Positions 24,701-37,139 of a stretch of DNA of 64,000 nt are shown here, one piece after another (the first letter of the stretch is position 1; each line of letters begins with the position of its first letter). Under the pieces are notes generated by a model. It was not told the origin of the DNA. It did no database searches and worked only from the letters and a program-made list of their open reading frames with translations. The position numbers and the translations under genes were made by a program. The stretch is taken from contig NC_068998.1 in NCBI RefSeq assembly GCF_001194135.2, forward strand, positions 53,945,398 to 54,009,397, written 5' to 3'. Source of the stretch: Octopus bimaculoides (lineage: Eukaryota).

Positions 24701-26155
24701 ATATAAATATATAAGTATATATAAATATTCTCTTAATAGTTTCTCTATTTGCGCGGCTGAATACGTTTGCTTGTCTCGTCATGGCGTATGTAGCAGTGCA
24801 GATGTTACGTAGCAATTTTATCGTTTAATTAAGGCTTCGATATTCTTCAAACAAATTTTATTTGTAGTATTTAGGCTGTTGTTTTCATTCTCATCCAGTC
24901 TCATCGTGAGTGCCCACATTTTGATAAGCTTTGTAAGACACCAGAAGCTAGAGATTGGGAGTAAACTATTTGCGAATTTTCGCTTTTTGATGAAATATAT
25001 ATCTTGGTTTTCAATATTGAGAACACCCTTTTCCTCACTTGTTCAAATGTAAGTATTTACACGCGCGCACACACACACTCACACACGTACTTGCCTTTGT
25101 GAATGATGGCCCGTGTGGATATATGTGGGTGTATTAGTTGTGAAAATATTGAGGAATTACTTATATTATATTACTGTTAATCTTTCATACAAATTTATTT
25201 TACTTCATTTCTGTTTCCTTCTTGTATAATTTATTCTATTTAACATCTCGAAACCTACAACTTTTTTTATGCTCACCCACCTAAAACTTACCACAAAATA
25301 TTTCCAAATTTCAAATTCCTTTCACGTCTACAGACGCACATGTAAGAAGCTATCGCTGTTGCATCAGAGAAAATAGAAAATAATTTTCAATCTACTCCTC
25401 CCCTTCCTAGCTGCGTCTATATTAAATGCCTTTACTCCCCCTTCCTCACTCCTCCATCTATTTCTATGCTTTCCCACTTCATCTGTCCCTAGACATTAAC
25501 ACATATATCTATATTTCTCCAGGCCCCTTTCTGCACACCAATATTATTTCGTTATTATTTCATTCAGCGCTTCGAATTCATACACATTTACACACAACTA
25601 CTTTCCTCTTCTTGTTGTTCTTTCCCTTATTCTTTCTTCTTCGATTCCTTTACCGTTTTTTTTTAAACCATCTAAGATCCAATCAAGTTATTACTCATTC
25701 TTACTTTTCTCCATTATTTTTACTTGTATTCTTTTTTAATTTTTTATCATTTATATTTTTTCATACTCCAACTTAAAGACATTTCGTATGTAGAATATTT
25801 ATTAAAAGAAAATTATACATGCTCGCGTATGCACGTGCACGCATAGGTGGATATGTGTGTCAATCCGTATAGCTTCCACTCACTTTCTACGCCCGCATCT
25901 TGGAGTATATATATGCATGAGTAAAATATTTATTAAAGTATATATCGATGTATATGTCCAAAGATATCAAGCAAGTAGGAATGTGTTGTGTATATGTATG
26001 TTTATATATGTGTATATATGATTGTGCGGGGGGTGCGTGTATGTACATAGAAATATACGTACATATATAGGTGAGTGAATTCTTGTTTCTAAAAATAAGA
26101 TAGTACTGGTATAGATTTGTGTGCATATATATGCGGAAATACATGTGTGTGCAAG

Positions 26156-26204
<49 letters not shown>

Positions 26205-26506
26205 AACATATTTATATATATTATATATACATTATATACATATATGCATATATTATATATATTATACATATATATACATATATATATATACATACGTATG
26301 TATACATACATATATATGTGTATATGTATATATATATGTATATGTATACACGCACACACACATACATATATATATATATGCATGTATGTATACATATATA
26401 TGTATGTGCATATTTGATATATTATGCGTGTGCGTACGCGCGCATTAACATATTTTTATGCTTGTGTGTATGTATCCCTGTCTTTCACTTCATACATATA
26501 CATGCA

Positions 26507-26546
<40 letters not shown>

Positions 26547-26770
26547 TGTGTGTGAGTGTGTGTGTGTATGCATTATATGTATCTGTACTTACATTTGTGT
26601 GCAACTGTGGATATAGGCATCTCTGCATGCATAATGCTATTAACGTCTTGAAAAAAAAAATCATGCTTTCCTATGAAAACCATTATACTGACATAAATCA
26701 AGCAAAATTCGTATGATTCAAAAATTATGTACTGTCAACACGTGATGCTAACGACATTTTTTTTTTTCAG

Positions 26771-26791
26771 AATGTATCACTATATTCGGAG
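26771..26791 (+). CDS. Candidate 21-nt frame-preserving microexon AATGTATCACTATATTCGGAG (phase-1 reading (E)CITIFG)
   Basis: Consensus branch point TGCTAAC at 26746-26752, T11-CAG acceptor and GAG|GTAACT donor. The length is a multiple of 3 and all three frames are open. Confidence 0.5.
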
Positions 26792-26988
26792 GTAACTCTA
26801 TAAATTTCTCTTCCCTGAAGCACAAGCGTTACCAGATATGACAAGTGTAGACATACAGAGGCTCTTAATTATCGTTTAAAAAGTGATCATCTCGTATAAT
26901 TAATTATAACTATATATATACACTCTGTTAATGCATTAATTTCTACTTTTTCTACTCCTCTGTAAACCCAGATATCAGATAGACAGAC

Positions 26989-26989
<1 letters not shown>

Positions 26990-27062
<73 letters not shown>
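26990..27062. repeat. (GATA)n tetranucleotide microsatellite
   Basis: Read directly. Others occur at 52511-52575 and 56547-56590. Confidence 0.97.
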
Positions 27063-27130
27063 TCCACGTTTCGTAAAATCGGACAAAATGCCGCTAAGTA
27101 TTTCATCCGGCGTGCTAATGATTCTTTTAG
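27060..27130 (-). mobile_element. SINE family A head fragment
   Basis: Reverse complement of AATGCCGCTAAGTATTTCATCCGGCGTGCTAATGATTC is the family A head. Confidence 0.75.
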
Positions 27131-27311
27131 TAACAAGTAAGATATAAAAAACAATGTAAGAACCCACGGTTAGATTCCAGGCAGTTGGGGTGCATCGGTG
27201 AGGGGGTGGGAAATCACTGAAGAAAGAGAAATGTGAAGAATCAACGCAAGCGAGTTAAATAGAGCGAAATATAAGGGTCAAAACATGTTTGAAAATGTTT
27301 AACATGTAGAA

Positions 27312-27495
27312 AGGTGGCAAACCAACTGGGCCGCAGTTCATCGGACAAAATGATTAGCGATATTTCTTCTAAGTTATTACCTTCTGAGTTCAATTCTGGA
27401 CAAAGGTCAATGTTGCTTTTCATCTTTTCGGAGTCTATAAAATAAAGTACCAGTTACGTAGTGGGGGCCATTTAATAGACTTGCCCTACCCTTCA
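27312..27495 (+). mobile_element. Degenerate SINE family A copy
   Basis: TTCTGAGTTCAATTC B-box and TTTTCATCTTTTCGGAGTCTATAAAATAAAGTACCAGTTACG core. Confidence 0.8.
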
Positions 27496-27843
27496 AAAGA
27501 GATGGCTGAAAGAAAATCTGAGAGAAAAAAATATGTAGCAAGATCGATTCATAAGTTGCCAATATTAGTGGAAGTACGTACATCTGAGAGAGAGAGAGGG
27601 GGGGAGAAGAGATAGAGAGAGAGAAGAGAGAGAGAGAAGAGAGAGAGAGAAGAGAGAGAGAGAAGAGAGAGAGAGATTGTATGTATGGGAGCGTGTATGC
27701 ATTTTACTGTTTTCTGTGCTTTCTCTGTTTCTCGGCAGGAACACGCCATGAAGCTTTCAAAAGTTATTGCATACACGCATATTATCGACGTGAATACATG
27801 TAAGCATCCCCCTTCATTTCGTATACCCACACGGTAGATATAT

Positions 27844-27884
<41 letters not shown>

Positions 27885-27999
27885 CATTCAAATGCCTGTA
27901 TTTGAATGTGTTGCGAGTCTTTTCTGAAGAAACCTGTTTTCCACTAAACTGCGTTATTTGCAACTTATTCATTCATTGATCGGCAATTACCGTCTTTAG

Positions 28000-28161
28000 T
28001 CGAAATAAATGAAGAAGACAGAACTTCATTCAGCCAAACTAGTTTTAGCCTTCTAAAAGCAGAAATGAAAAAAGCCTCAAATTTAATCACAATTGCTTCG
28101 CTTGAGTCTGATTCAGTTCAATGGCGGACACGTGACATCTTATTAAATCGAGATGAATATG
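28000..28161 (+). CDS. Candidate coding exon D (162 nt, phase 1-1): (V)EINEEDRTSFSQTSFSLLKAEMKKASNLITIASLESDSVQWRTRDILLNRDEY
   Basis: Acceptor TTACCGTCTTTAG|, donor ATG|GTAAAG, and an open frame of ordinary protein composition. The overlapping shared-wobble minus frame has a stop. Phase-compatible with the 26771 microexon. Confidence 0.45.
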
Positions 28162-28611
28162 GTAAAGTATCTTACATGGAATGTAGCATGCATATGGAGA
28201 ACCAGGATTCACCAAATATTTCTAAGTGAATGCTCACACTTAAAAAATAATTATTGATTTGTTTTATCTATTCTATCCAAATTCTTTGGGCCTCAGCCAA
28301 GCAAATGGGTATTTAAAAGGAAGAAAATACGGTACGATACAATTTCAAGAAATTGAATCTGTTCCAATACATTATGAAGTCTGACTGGTATCGTCGGTCT
28401 CGGTGGATGCAATTCTAAACCGATATCTACGGTGTTAGAATTCAAAATCCGGAAATGAAGTACTGAAAATATTTGAATTTTTTCGTTCTGAATTCTAGTC
28501 TGTTAATTCTACTCGCTGTTCGAATGCACAGTGACATAGGCAGTTTGCTTTTAACAGAGGTTTTTTGGGTTCATGGAAGAAAGAGAGAGAGGGGCAAGGA
28601 GAGAGGGGATG

Positions 28612-28613
28612 GA

Positions 28614-28671
<58 letters not shown>
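28612..28671. repeat. (GA)n microsatellite
   Basis: Read directly. Others occur at 27587-27676 and 27845-27884. Confidence 0.97.
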
Positions 28672-28676
<5 letters not shown>

Positions 28677-28709
28677 GGTTGCATTTCGAAATATTATTGC
28701 AAATAGCAT

Positions 28710-29000
28710 ATCCGAAATAAGGTGATTCGAGAAGGTTGCAGAATGAACGACGTAATCGCAGAATAGCGAAGACACAAGTTCCGCTGAGCTGGTCACGCTG
28801 CAAGGCTAACAGACGCCAGGGAGAACAGTGCAGTAGTCGTGTGGTATTCGGAAAAGGCCACTTGAAATGCATCCTCCCATGATGTTTGGAAGATGATTTA
28901 GTTAAAAGATTTCGAACAAGAAGGAAGAGTACGGTGAAATTAATAAAGAATTGGAAGCGCATTGTGGTCAGCGGTGTATGCCAATAGCTAATACTCTGAT
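28710..29000 (+). mobile_element. 3' end of an RTE-clade LINE, decayed
   Basis: Translates as IRNKVIREGCRMNDVIAE*RRHKFR*AGHAARLTDAR...VVW, then WEDDLVKRF after a frameshift. This matches the RTE consensus IRNExIR...K[FW]RWAGHxAR...W...RWxDD[LI]. Confidence 0.8.
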
Positions 29001-29659
29001 CGATACAGGTGATATGGCTACATAGCATTGACTGTTACTTACGTAGGATCGATTTCGAACGATCCAACAGAGAGTAACTTTATATGATCGGAGTCTCAGT
29101 CGGTTAAAGTTGACCGTGTTTGGCAAATGTCTGCTCGAGGATTGGGCAAGATTTATTTGAAGAAGATTGTCAGTTGCCTGATCCTGCCAGCCTCCGATGT
29201 TTATGCAAATGAAAAAGGAGGCGACGTGGGTCGATAAAGCTTAATACCAACGTGGATAATGTTAGAACAAAAACAAGCGGAACAAATACCGCAAGGCATC
29301 AGGGGTACCCCTCTAACTGCTCTGCTAATCAACCATCCTGGATTGTTTCTGTTTTTTCATTGACATCAATGGGATTTAAACTCAGAGTCCATAGGGTCTG
29401 AACAACCACTAGGAGGCAGTCTGTTCAATGCTCTAACGACCTCTATTTCGTCGACCGGTATTTAGAACAGTATTTTGTTACAACTTCACTTTTAACGCCA
29501 TCTTAATTGGTCAATTGGTTCTCAGAGTGCAGTTTATTAGAAACATCAAGGGCGCGGGGCATCCAAAGTTTAACTCGACATCTTGATACACTACTTGTTA
29601 TTGCCATAAACCATCAGTAATAGGGTCTTCCTCTCTTCCGTTCTGCTGTGTTGGGAACC

Positions 29660-29785
29660 GACATGTCAATGAATAGACCCAACATTTCCTCTGCGTGTCG
29701 TAAAGAGGCGACTAAAAGAAGTTGAGGGAGGATTGGCACTCCGACCTCGTAAAACCCTCACCAGCAGCAACTACCTTAAAACAGA
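29660..29785 (+). mobile_element. RTE-like 5' UTR fragment
   Basis: CCTCTGCGTGTCGTAAAGAGGCGACTAAAAG resembles the GTCGTAAGAGGCGACTAA motif recalled from RTE 5' UTRs; not verified by search. Confidence 0.4.
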
Positions 29786-30441
29786 CCCATGGATTTAGCG
29801 GATTGTCGTCCGTGTGGAGGCAGCTTCGAGTCGTTTTGCAGCACAGACTTCTTCCTTCATTTCTTCCGTCTCAAAAGTCTTGAACGCAGTTTTCTCTTCT
29901 GATTTAGTTTTGAAAAACTTGAAGGAATCGAAGAAAATTACTGCATCATTTTATCCTCTCGATCAAGAAGAAAATTGTATGAATTTAGCTTGCATTGCAT
30001 GTCTGTATATTTGCCGTACAGTACTTTACTTCTTTCATAGAACATCCACAACTGCTGTATATTTAAAAGCATTGGTGATTGATACCATAGAAAATATACC
30101 TGCAATTTGACAGGAGAAGTTTTCGATAAACTGGCGTATAACTTTCAACAAATGGGATAGACGCTGTGGTTATGATAACCGAAGCTGATGTCAGGAACTA
30201 AAATAGCGAAACTTTCTTGTAATAATGGATCAGAAGAAAATGTGTTAAGTTGCTGTCAACTTTCAAGTTTCATAACCATAATCAAAATGATCTCATATAC
30301 ACTGTGATCTATGGAGAGGGTTCACTGTTGGAATTACAGAAACAGAAACGGAATCTGCAGAGAAACAAAAACACGTATCCAGACACATACGGATTTGCAT
30401 ATACTCATTTATAGATGCAATATATATGTGTATGTACACTT

Positions 30442-30506
<65 letters not shown>

Positions 30507-30599
30507 NNNNNNNNNNNNNNNNNNNNNNNNNNNNNNNNNNNNNNNNNNNNNNNNNNNNNNNNNNNNNNNNNNNNNNNNNNNNNNNNNNTATATATAATC

Positions 30600-30725
30600 T
30601 CGCCCATCACCGTTTGACAACCGGTGTTGCTTCGTGTATGTCCCCGTCACTTAGCGGCTCAGCAAAAGGGAGTGATCCAATAAGAACCAGGTTTAAAAAA
30701 TGAGTACTAGGGTCGTTTCATTCGA
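30600..30725 (+). mobile_element. SINE family B, 3' half, following its (GT)n tract and a gap
   Basis: TTGACAACCGGTGTTG...TCCCCGTCACTTAGCGGCTCAGCAAAAG...AATAAGAACCAGG...GAGTACTAGGGTCG matches the reverse complement of 34130-34225. Confidence 0.85.
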
Positions 30726-30771
30726 CCAAAAATTCAAGACGCTGCCCCACCCTGGAACTTATTCCATCATT

Positions 30772-30860
30772 ATCTTTTAGCGAACCGCTAAGTTGCAGGG
30801 AACTACACGAAGCAACACCAGTTGCGAAGCGGTGGAGGGCGCGAAAATACACACACATTT
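30772..30860 (-). mobile_element. SINE family B, 3'-half fragment, inverted relative to 30600-30725
   Basis: TTTTAGCGAACCGCTAAGTTGCAGGG...CAACACCAGTTGCGAAGCGGTG parallels 34171-34225. Confidence 0.8.
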
Positions 30861-30894
30861 GTCTCTGCATTTGTTGCATCCTCGATGTTTAAAG

Positions 30895-30915
30895 GAATCA
30901 ATGGAAACGGGCCCT
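30895..30915 (+). CDS. Candidate second 21-nt microexon GAATCAATGGAAACGGGCCCT (phase-1 reading (G)INGNGP)
   Basis: Acceptor TGTTGCATCCTCGATGTTTAAAG| (moderate), strong donor CCT|GTGAGT, and phase-compatible with exon D. Confidence 0.25.
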
Positions 30916-32026
30916 GTGAGTGTGACTACCCCTACCCGTGACGGCAGAACCACAAAATCCCAATTCACAAAGACATGTTACCAAGACATGTTCCGGTCGC
31001 ACTTTACGGCTGGCGGTGATTATTCTCCCGTTTGCCATCCACCTGGTAGTTCGATCTTCTCTCACTTAGCTCTGGCAGCATAGGTTATCCCACAATAGCA
31101 AAATAGAAATTAAAGTTTCAAATGTAACAATCAGCACCGATATCAACTCGTTGGTGAAATCAGCAAATGGATCACCTATGAATCTAATTATACTGGGTTC
31201 AAGCCTCATCAGATCCGTCTTACACTTTTCTGTATCAAACTCATACATATAGAATTTAGCAATTTTACCCGCCACCCCAGTATTTCAACACAGAAATTTT
31301 ACCGGGGTATATACTGTATTTAGCGCTGTGATCAATCACTTGGATTTTTAGCGTCCAATTTAAAAAAAAAAATTTTTTATAGAACCAATTAGAAGAAAAT
31401 AGCTATCATCATTCATAATTATTCTAGAGTTTCAATTATTGATTTTTCTATTAAGTGATAATAACGGAAATATGGATGATGATGGTGGTGATGATGATGA
31501 TGATGATGATGATGAAGAAGAAGAGAAAAGATTTTTTATCAGTGACTGACCTTTGTTGTGAATCATTTTAACTTTCCCAAAACTTAATTGAAAATATGAT
31601 GGTAACTACGAAAATAAAGTTGGTATATATTCTAAACGCACACCAAACACAGACGTTTTTGCGAATGTATATATACGAGTGTGTGTATATGTGCATGTGT
31701 ATATGTGCACATAGATATATACATATATATGTATGCGTGTGTGTTTGCGTGTGTTTGTCTTTGTGTGCGTTGTATTTCTGATGGTCTTTTCTTGCCAAAT
31801 AAACGCACTGTATATTCGTTCTTCACTTCAGCTTATAGTAAGCACAATAAGAATAAGAACAATGATAAAGCTGAATTGAAAAGCTAATATACAGTGCGTG
31901 TATTTGTTTGCCAAAACATTACCGTCTCAAAATATAAAAATAACTGTTTCAATACACAATTTCATATCAAGAGTCTTGGAAAACAAATACATGAAAGTTT
32001 GTATGTATGTATGTAGGTATGTATGT

Positions 32027-32079
<53 letters not shown>

Positions 32080-32144
32080 TATATCTATATGTGTGTGGTG
32101 AGTGTGTCTATTATTATCATTATTATTATCATCATTATTATCAA

Positions 32145-32345
32145 GGTGGCGAGCTGGTAGAATCGTTAGTACGCCGGGCGAAATGCTTAGTGGTATTTCT
32201 GAGTTCTGAGTTCAAATTCCGCCAGGTCGAGTTTGCCTTTCATCCATTCGGGGTCGATTAAAGAAATACTAGTTACGCACTAAAGTCGATGTAATCGACT
32301 TAACCTCCTTCCCCGAGCTACCCTTGTGGCAAAAATTTGAAATCA
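32145..32345 (+). mobile_element. SINE family A, near full length
   Basis: GGTGGCGAGCTGGTAGAATCGTTAGTACGCCGGGCGAAATGCTTAG...GAGTTCAAATTCCGCCAGGTCGAGTTTGCCTTTCATCCATTCGGGGTCGATT. Confidence 0.92.
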
Positions 32346-33207
32346 TTAATATTATTATTATTATTAATATTATTATTATTATATGAGGCAATTTCTTTTG
32401 AATAATTGTAAAGATTGGTTTAAAGCCGATATGTTGTAAATAGGAAAATGTCATGATCCACCTTTAATGATTGGGGATGTAACTTCAAAACGGAAGCTTC
32501 ATATCTCACCGCCAATTGTTTTTATTCGTTAAATATATTTATATGTCCATATCTGTCGGTTTCGCCTCACGATAAAATTATTACCTCGACCAAATGAAGT
32601 GAGAGATAGTTAGTGAAAGACGATGGAGTAAAATAAAGGAACTAGTATTGTGTGTGAGATATTGAATTGCAGGAAAAACATCGAAAATATATCATTAGCC
32701 GTTAAGAAAGAAATGTCTGCTTTATGATCAGAAGAGTGACAAAAGGGCTTTGCTTGAAGGTTCTTGATATCTAAACCATTGGATATCAAGGTTTTATTTT
32801 CAAAAGAAACTGAGAGCTATATCATTATTTTGATTAACTATCTTATAAATTGTTTTCTGCTTAAACTGAATAGCGAAATATTGTGTAGAGACATCCAACG
32901 AATTGTGAGTTTCTGCATCGAATCGTGGCAGATTTATTGATTGGTTTTTCTCACAAGAAGTGACAGGTTGCAGACAATAGAATGAACACAAGATATATGT
33001 TTCGCAATCATACAGTGGCTGCGGAAATTGCATTGAAGTTATTTCAAAGAGATACAGCGTCTCTGATGGAATTTGGTCAAAAAAAAAAAGTAAGAGTTAT
33101 ATCTTGGAGAAACTGAAAGATCGAATACATAACCAATTAGACGAATATCCTGTGAGTACGCACATATCTGTGAGAATATGTTAGTCAATGAGTAAGCATG
33201 CGTCAGG

Positions 33208-33245
<38 letters not shown>

Positions 33246-33409
33246 ATCTGATAGTTACACGATGGAAACAAATATTGGTTAAATGCCAGGACTCTTTAAA
33301 CAACTAGTACAGTTAACGAGTTGAGTAATTAATGTCAAATGACAAACATAATTACTCGCAACTTGATACTAAATCAAATAGTCCTTACATTAGTTTACTC
33401 ATTCCTCTC

Positions 33410-33472
<63 letters not shown>

Positions 33473-34064
33473 TAAATAAAGAATAAACTCTCTTCGGTAT
33501 TGGCCACTGCTTTTCAACTTCCATCACTTTCATATCAGGTTGAACAATGATTTTCCACGTTTCTTGAAATCACTTGTGCCTCGCCTCTGTTGTATGAAAT
33601 CTTAAAAGTAAAATGCCCCCTTCACCACGTGGTTGGTCCCGCTAGTTGCATTGTATACGGTGCAGCAAGTAGCATGAAACAAGATCTGAGCAGTTGGCAA
33701 TTAAATACTTCGATCCTTCGATCCAGGTCCAATTCCTTATAATGAAACCATGCGTATTTTACCTTGTACAGTCGATGACTTTCAGAAAGGAATGGATGTT
33801 ACACAATGTCAAAGAATCTATGTCATGCAGTCATTTTTTTACATCCCTTTTAAATCTGAGGTTGTCGGCAAGTCCGAAGTCCATCAAAAGCAATATCTTT
33901 AAAATACGAACATTTGACAAAAACATCATTTCATCTTCATATGAAGACTTCGTATAAATTTGGCAATATTAGGGTTCACATCACGTTAGGAATATTTTGG
34001 CCAACTTTCAGAACCTTCTAAATAAAGTAAGAGACAAAATACGCTTTGCCTTTTATTTGATCCA

Positions 34065-34445
34065 GGCCTTTGGCTGCGCCCATGCCTGGGCATGGCCTTG
34101 AAAGGCTTTACTTGAACAAATTGGCTCCACTGTATATTTTTTGAAAGTCAGGTATTTATTTCTTAGTAGTCTTTTGCCGAACCGCTAATTACGGGGACGT
34201 CAACAAGCCAACAACGGTGTCAAAGGGCAGGGAGACAAACACAAATACAAAAGTATAAAAGCATACACAAATGCAGAGGCATATAAGCGACAGGCTCCTA
34301 CACACCTTCCGTCTACCAAATTCACACACAATACATTGGACGACCCTGGGCTATGAGAAAAATCACTTGCCCAAGGTACCTCAAAGTGGAAGTGAATCGG
34401 AAACCACGTAGTTGCAAAGCGCTACTCTTAACTACACATGCCTAT
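34065..34445 (-). mobile_element. SINE family B (CORE-type), near full length
   Basis: Contains CACTTGCCCAAGGT (reverse complement of the CORE motif ACCTTGGGCAAGTG), the TCTACCAAATTCAC segment, a decayed central (CA)-rich linker and the 3' half TTTTGCCGAACCGCTAA. Confidence 0.85.
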
Positions 34446-35477
34446 TGACGTTGATTTAATGTCGGTCACACTTAGGAAAATAAATTAAACAACACGCAGT
34501 TGTTCTAATCAAAATAAACCTTTTTTATTATCGTAAAGGTGTTGTAGTGAAGGCAGTAATAAAATAAATAAACTCCAGGCTTGACATGACCGCGGGGCTT
34601 TTTTTATTTCTTCCTGAACCAATCTGCTTAAGTTAGGCCTATTTATCACGTTGAAAACAATATAACCGCTACAGTTCTCGCGTCGGCTCTTCTCATAATA
34701 TAGCTTTGTAATTATATTTCATTGATAAAAATTGTTTACGTTTATAACAGGTGATGAATTGATGGCGCATCTCATAAAATACCTGAGGTATTCAGTTGTG
34801 CCTGTTGACGTTCTAATCTCCCAAATACCCAAATCAACTGTAATCATGCCAATTTATCATCCTTTGCTGGTAAAATGGCACGAGTGAAGAAACTAGTAAT
34901 GCTATCGATCGATGATACCTCACGACAAAACATCACTCCATTTCCCTCCATTTATTTGTGCAGCTGAAAATGGCACTGAATTTAAATTGATGTAATAATT
35001 GCACTGTTCAATTAAACGGAGTCGATTGAAACGGTCGTATTGCATCAGAGCTTGGTATGCTGTTGCTTATTTTGATTTTATACATGTATGTATATATATA
35101 TATATATATATGTGTGTGTGCGTGGGCATATGGTATATGAGCATCTGAATGACATAATCTTTATAGATATGCATTTTGATATCTTAATTCTTTATCCGTT
35201 TCCTCGCTTACTGTTATTTCCTATTATTTAGGTGCCTTCCGGTGATTGAATCGTGTCTTCTTTCTAAACAGGTTGCTGATTACAACATCCTAATGCTTCG
35301 TGCTAATTCTAAATTTTATAGCTATATAATACTGTTAAACCTGTGAACCGCCTATGTTACTGCTGTTAATATTATCAATTAAAAATATTCACCATCGATA
35401 ATATTAACAATAGTAACATTTTATTTCGAATGCAAACATTCGAATATTTTGCTCATATGCATGTGTTTGTGTGTTTG

Positions 35478-35621
<144 letters not shown>

Positions 35622-37139
35622 GCACAGATAATGGTCATTACATAATACTTTAGTGTAGCAAATTTGACTTCCAGCTGTTTCATTATAATCGTTATAAATT
35701 TGTTATTGATTGGTTTTCTCAGTCTGCCGATTGATCAGTTGATAAAAATTGAACGGCCCAGAGAATTAATACTACGTTTGTCAGCCCCCCGCGCGCGCGC
35801 GCGCGTGTGTGTGTGTGTAAATGTATATGTTTATACAGGAATAGCAAAGAGGGAGAGAGAAACGATTGCGTAATGATATGTAGATAATAAGGAGAAAAAT
35901 GAATATTCGAAATACTGACAATTTTTTTCCCCTGCCACAGACTCCGTGTTTCTTTTCTATACTTAGTAGAGAAATTACGTAACAATTTTACGCATCAATT
36001 TAAATCATGGCGTTTCTTGTAGCTTCAATAATTTGCATATGGCATTTATAACAATAATTGAGAACGATCGAATATTAATTGGTTCTGACAGATCGACTAT
36101 TGCTTAGAAATAGTTGCAAAATAGCTAATAAGCAATTAAGTAGGAGGGAAGATGTGAAATAGCCTTCAAGTTATTTTCTATTCTTGATATAGTTTAAAGC
36201 ATCAAACGGAAATGAAGAAGTCTGAAATTATAATTTTCTCAGATATTGTTTGACAGGAAAGTAGATTACGGTATATATGGATGCATGTATGTACGCATAT
36301 AGGCCTATTATATATATATANNNNNNNNNNNNNNNNNNNNNNNNNNNNNNNNNNNNNNNNNNNNNNNNNNNNNNNNNNNNNNNNNNNNNNNNNNNNNNNN
36401 NNNNNNNNNNNNNNNNNNNNNNNNNNNNNNNNNNNNNNNNNNNNNNNNNNNNNNNNNNNNNNNNNNNNNNNNNNNNNNNNNNNNNNNNNNNNNNNNNNNN
36501 NNNNNNNNNNNNNNNNNNNNNNNNNNNNNNNNNNNNNNNNNNNNNNNNNNNNNNNNNNNNNNNNNNNNNNNNNNNNNNNNNNNNNNNNNNNNNNNNNNNN
36601 NNNNNNNNNNNNNNNNNNNNNNNNNNNNNNNNNNNNNNNNNNNNNNNNNNNNNNNNNNNNNNNNNNNNNNNNNNNNNNNNNNNNNNNNNNNNNNNNNNNN
36701 NNNNNNNNNNNNNNNNNNNNNNNNNNNNNNNNNNNNNNNNNNNNNNNNNNNNNNNNNNNNNNNNNNNNNNNNNNNNNNNNNNNNNNNNNNNNNNNNNNNN
36801 NNNNNNNNNNNNNNNNNNNNNNNNNNNNNNNNNNNNNNNNNNNNNNNNNNNNNNNNNNNNNNNNNNNNNNNNNNNNNNNNNNNNNNNNNNNNNNNNNNNN
36901 NNNNNNNNNNNNNNNNNNNNNNNNNNNNNNNNNNNNNNNNNNNNNNNNNNNNNNNNNNNNNNNNNNNNNNNNNNNNNNNNNNNNNNNNNNNNNNNNNNNN
37001 NNNNNNNNNNNNNNNNNNNNNNNNNNNNNNNNNNNNNNNNNNNNNNNNNNNNNNNNNNNNNNNNNNNNNNNNNNNNNNNNNNNNNNNNNNATATATATAT
37101 ATATACATATACATATATCAAAGTAAAAAGATAATAGAT

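Noticed and set aside
29814-30110. 98-aa plus-strand ORF
   Set aside because: The S/F-rich composition looks like the antisense of a decayed E/K-rich frame that has stops, and it sits next to an RTE-like 5' UTR; no product can be supported.
33820-33975. Minus-strand LMDFGLA, resembling a kinase DFG motif
   Set aside because: There is no upstream HRD/catalytic loop or downstream APE motif, and stops lie on both sides; probably chance.
34757-34900. Possible exon GDELMAHLIKYLRYSVVPVDVL (BACK-domain-like)
   Set aside because: Short, with only moderate donors and no supporting neighbouring BTB or kelch exons.
35787-35820. (CG)7(GT)n alternating purine-pyrimidine run with Z-DNA potential
   Set aside because: Such tracts are ubiquitous in this sequence, with nothing specific to suggest function.
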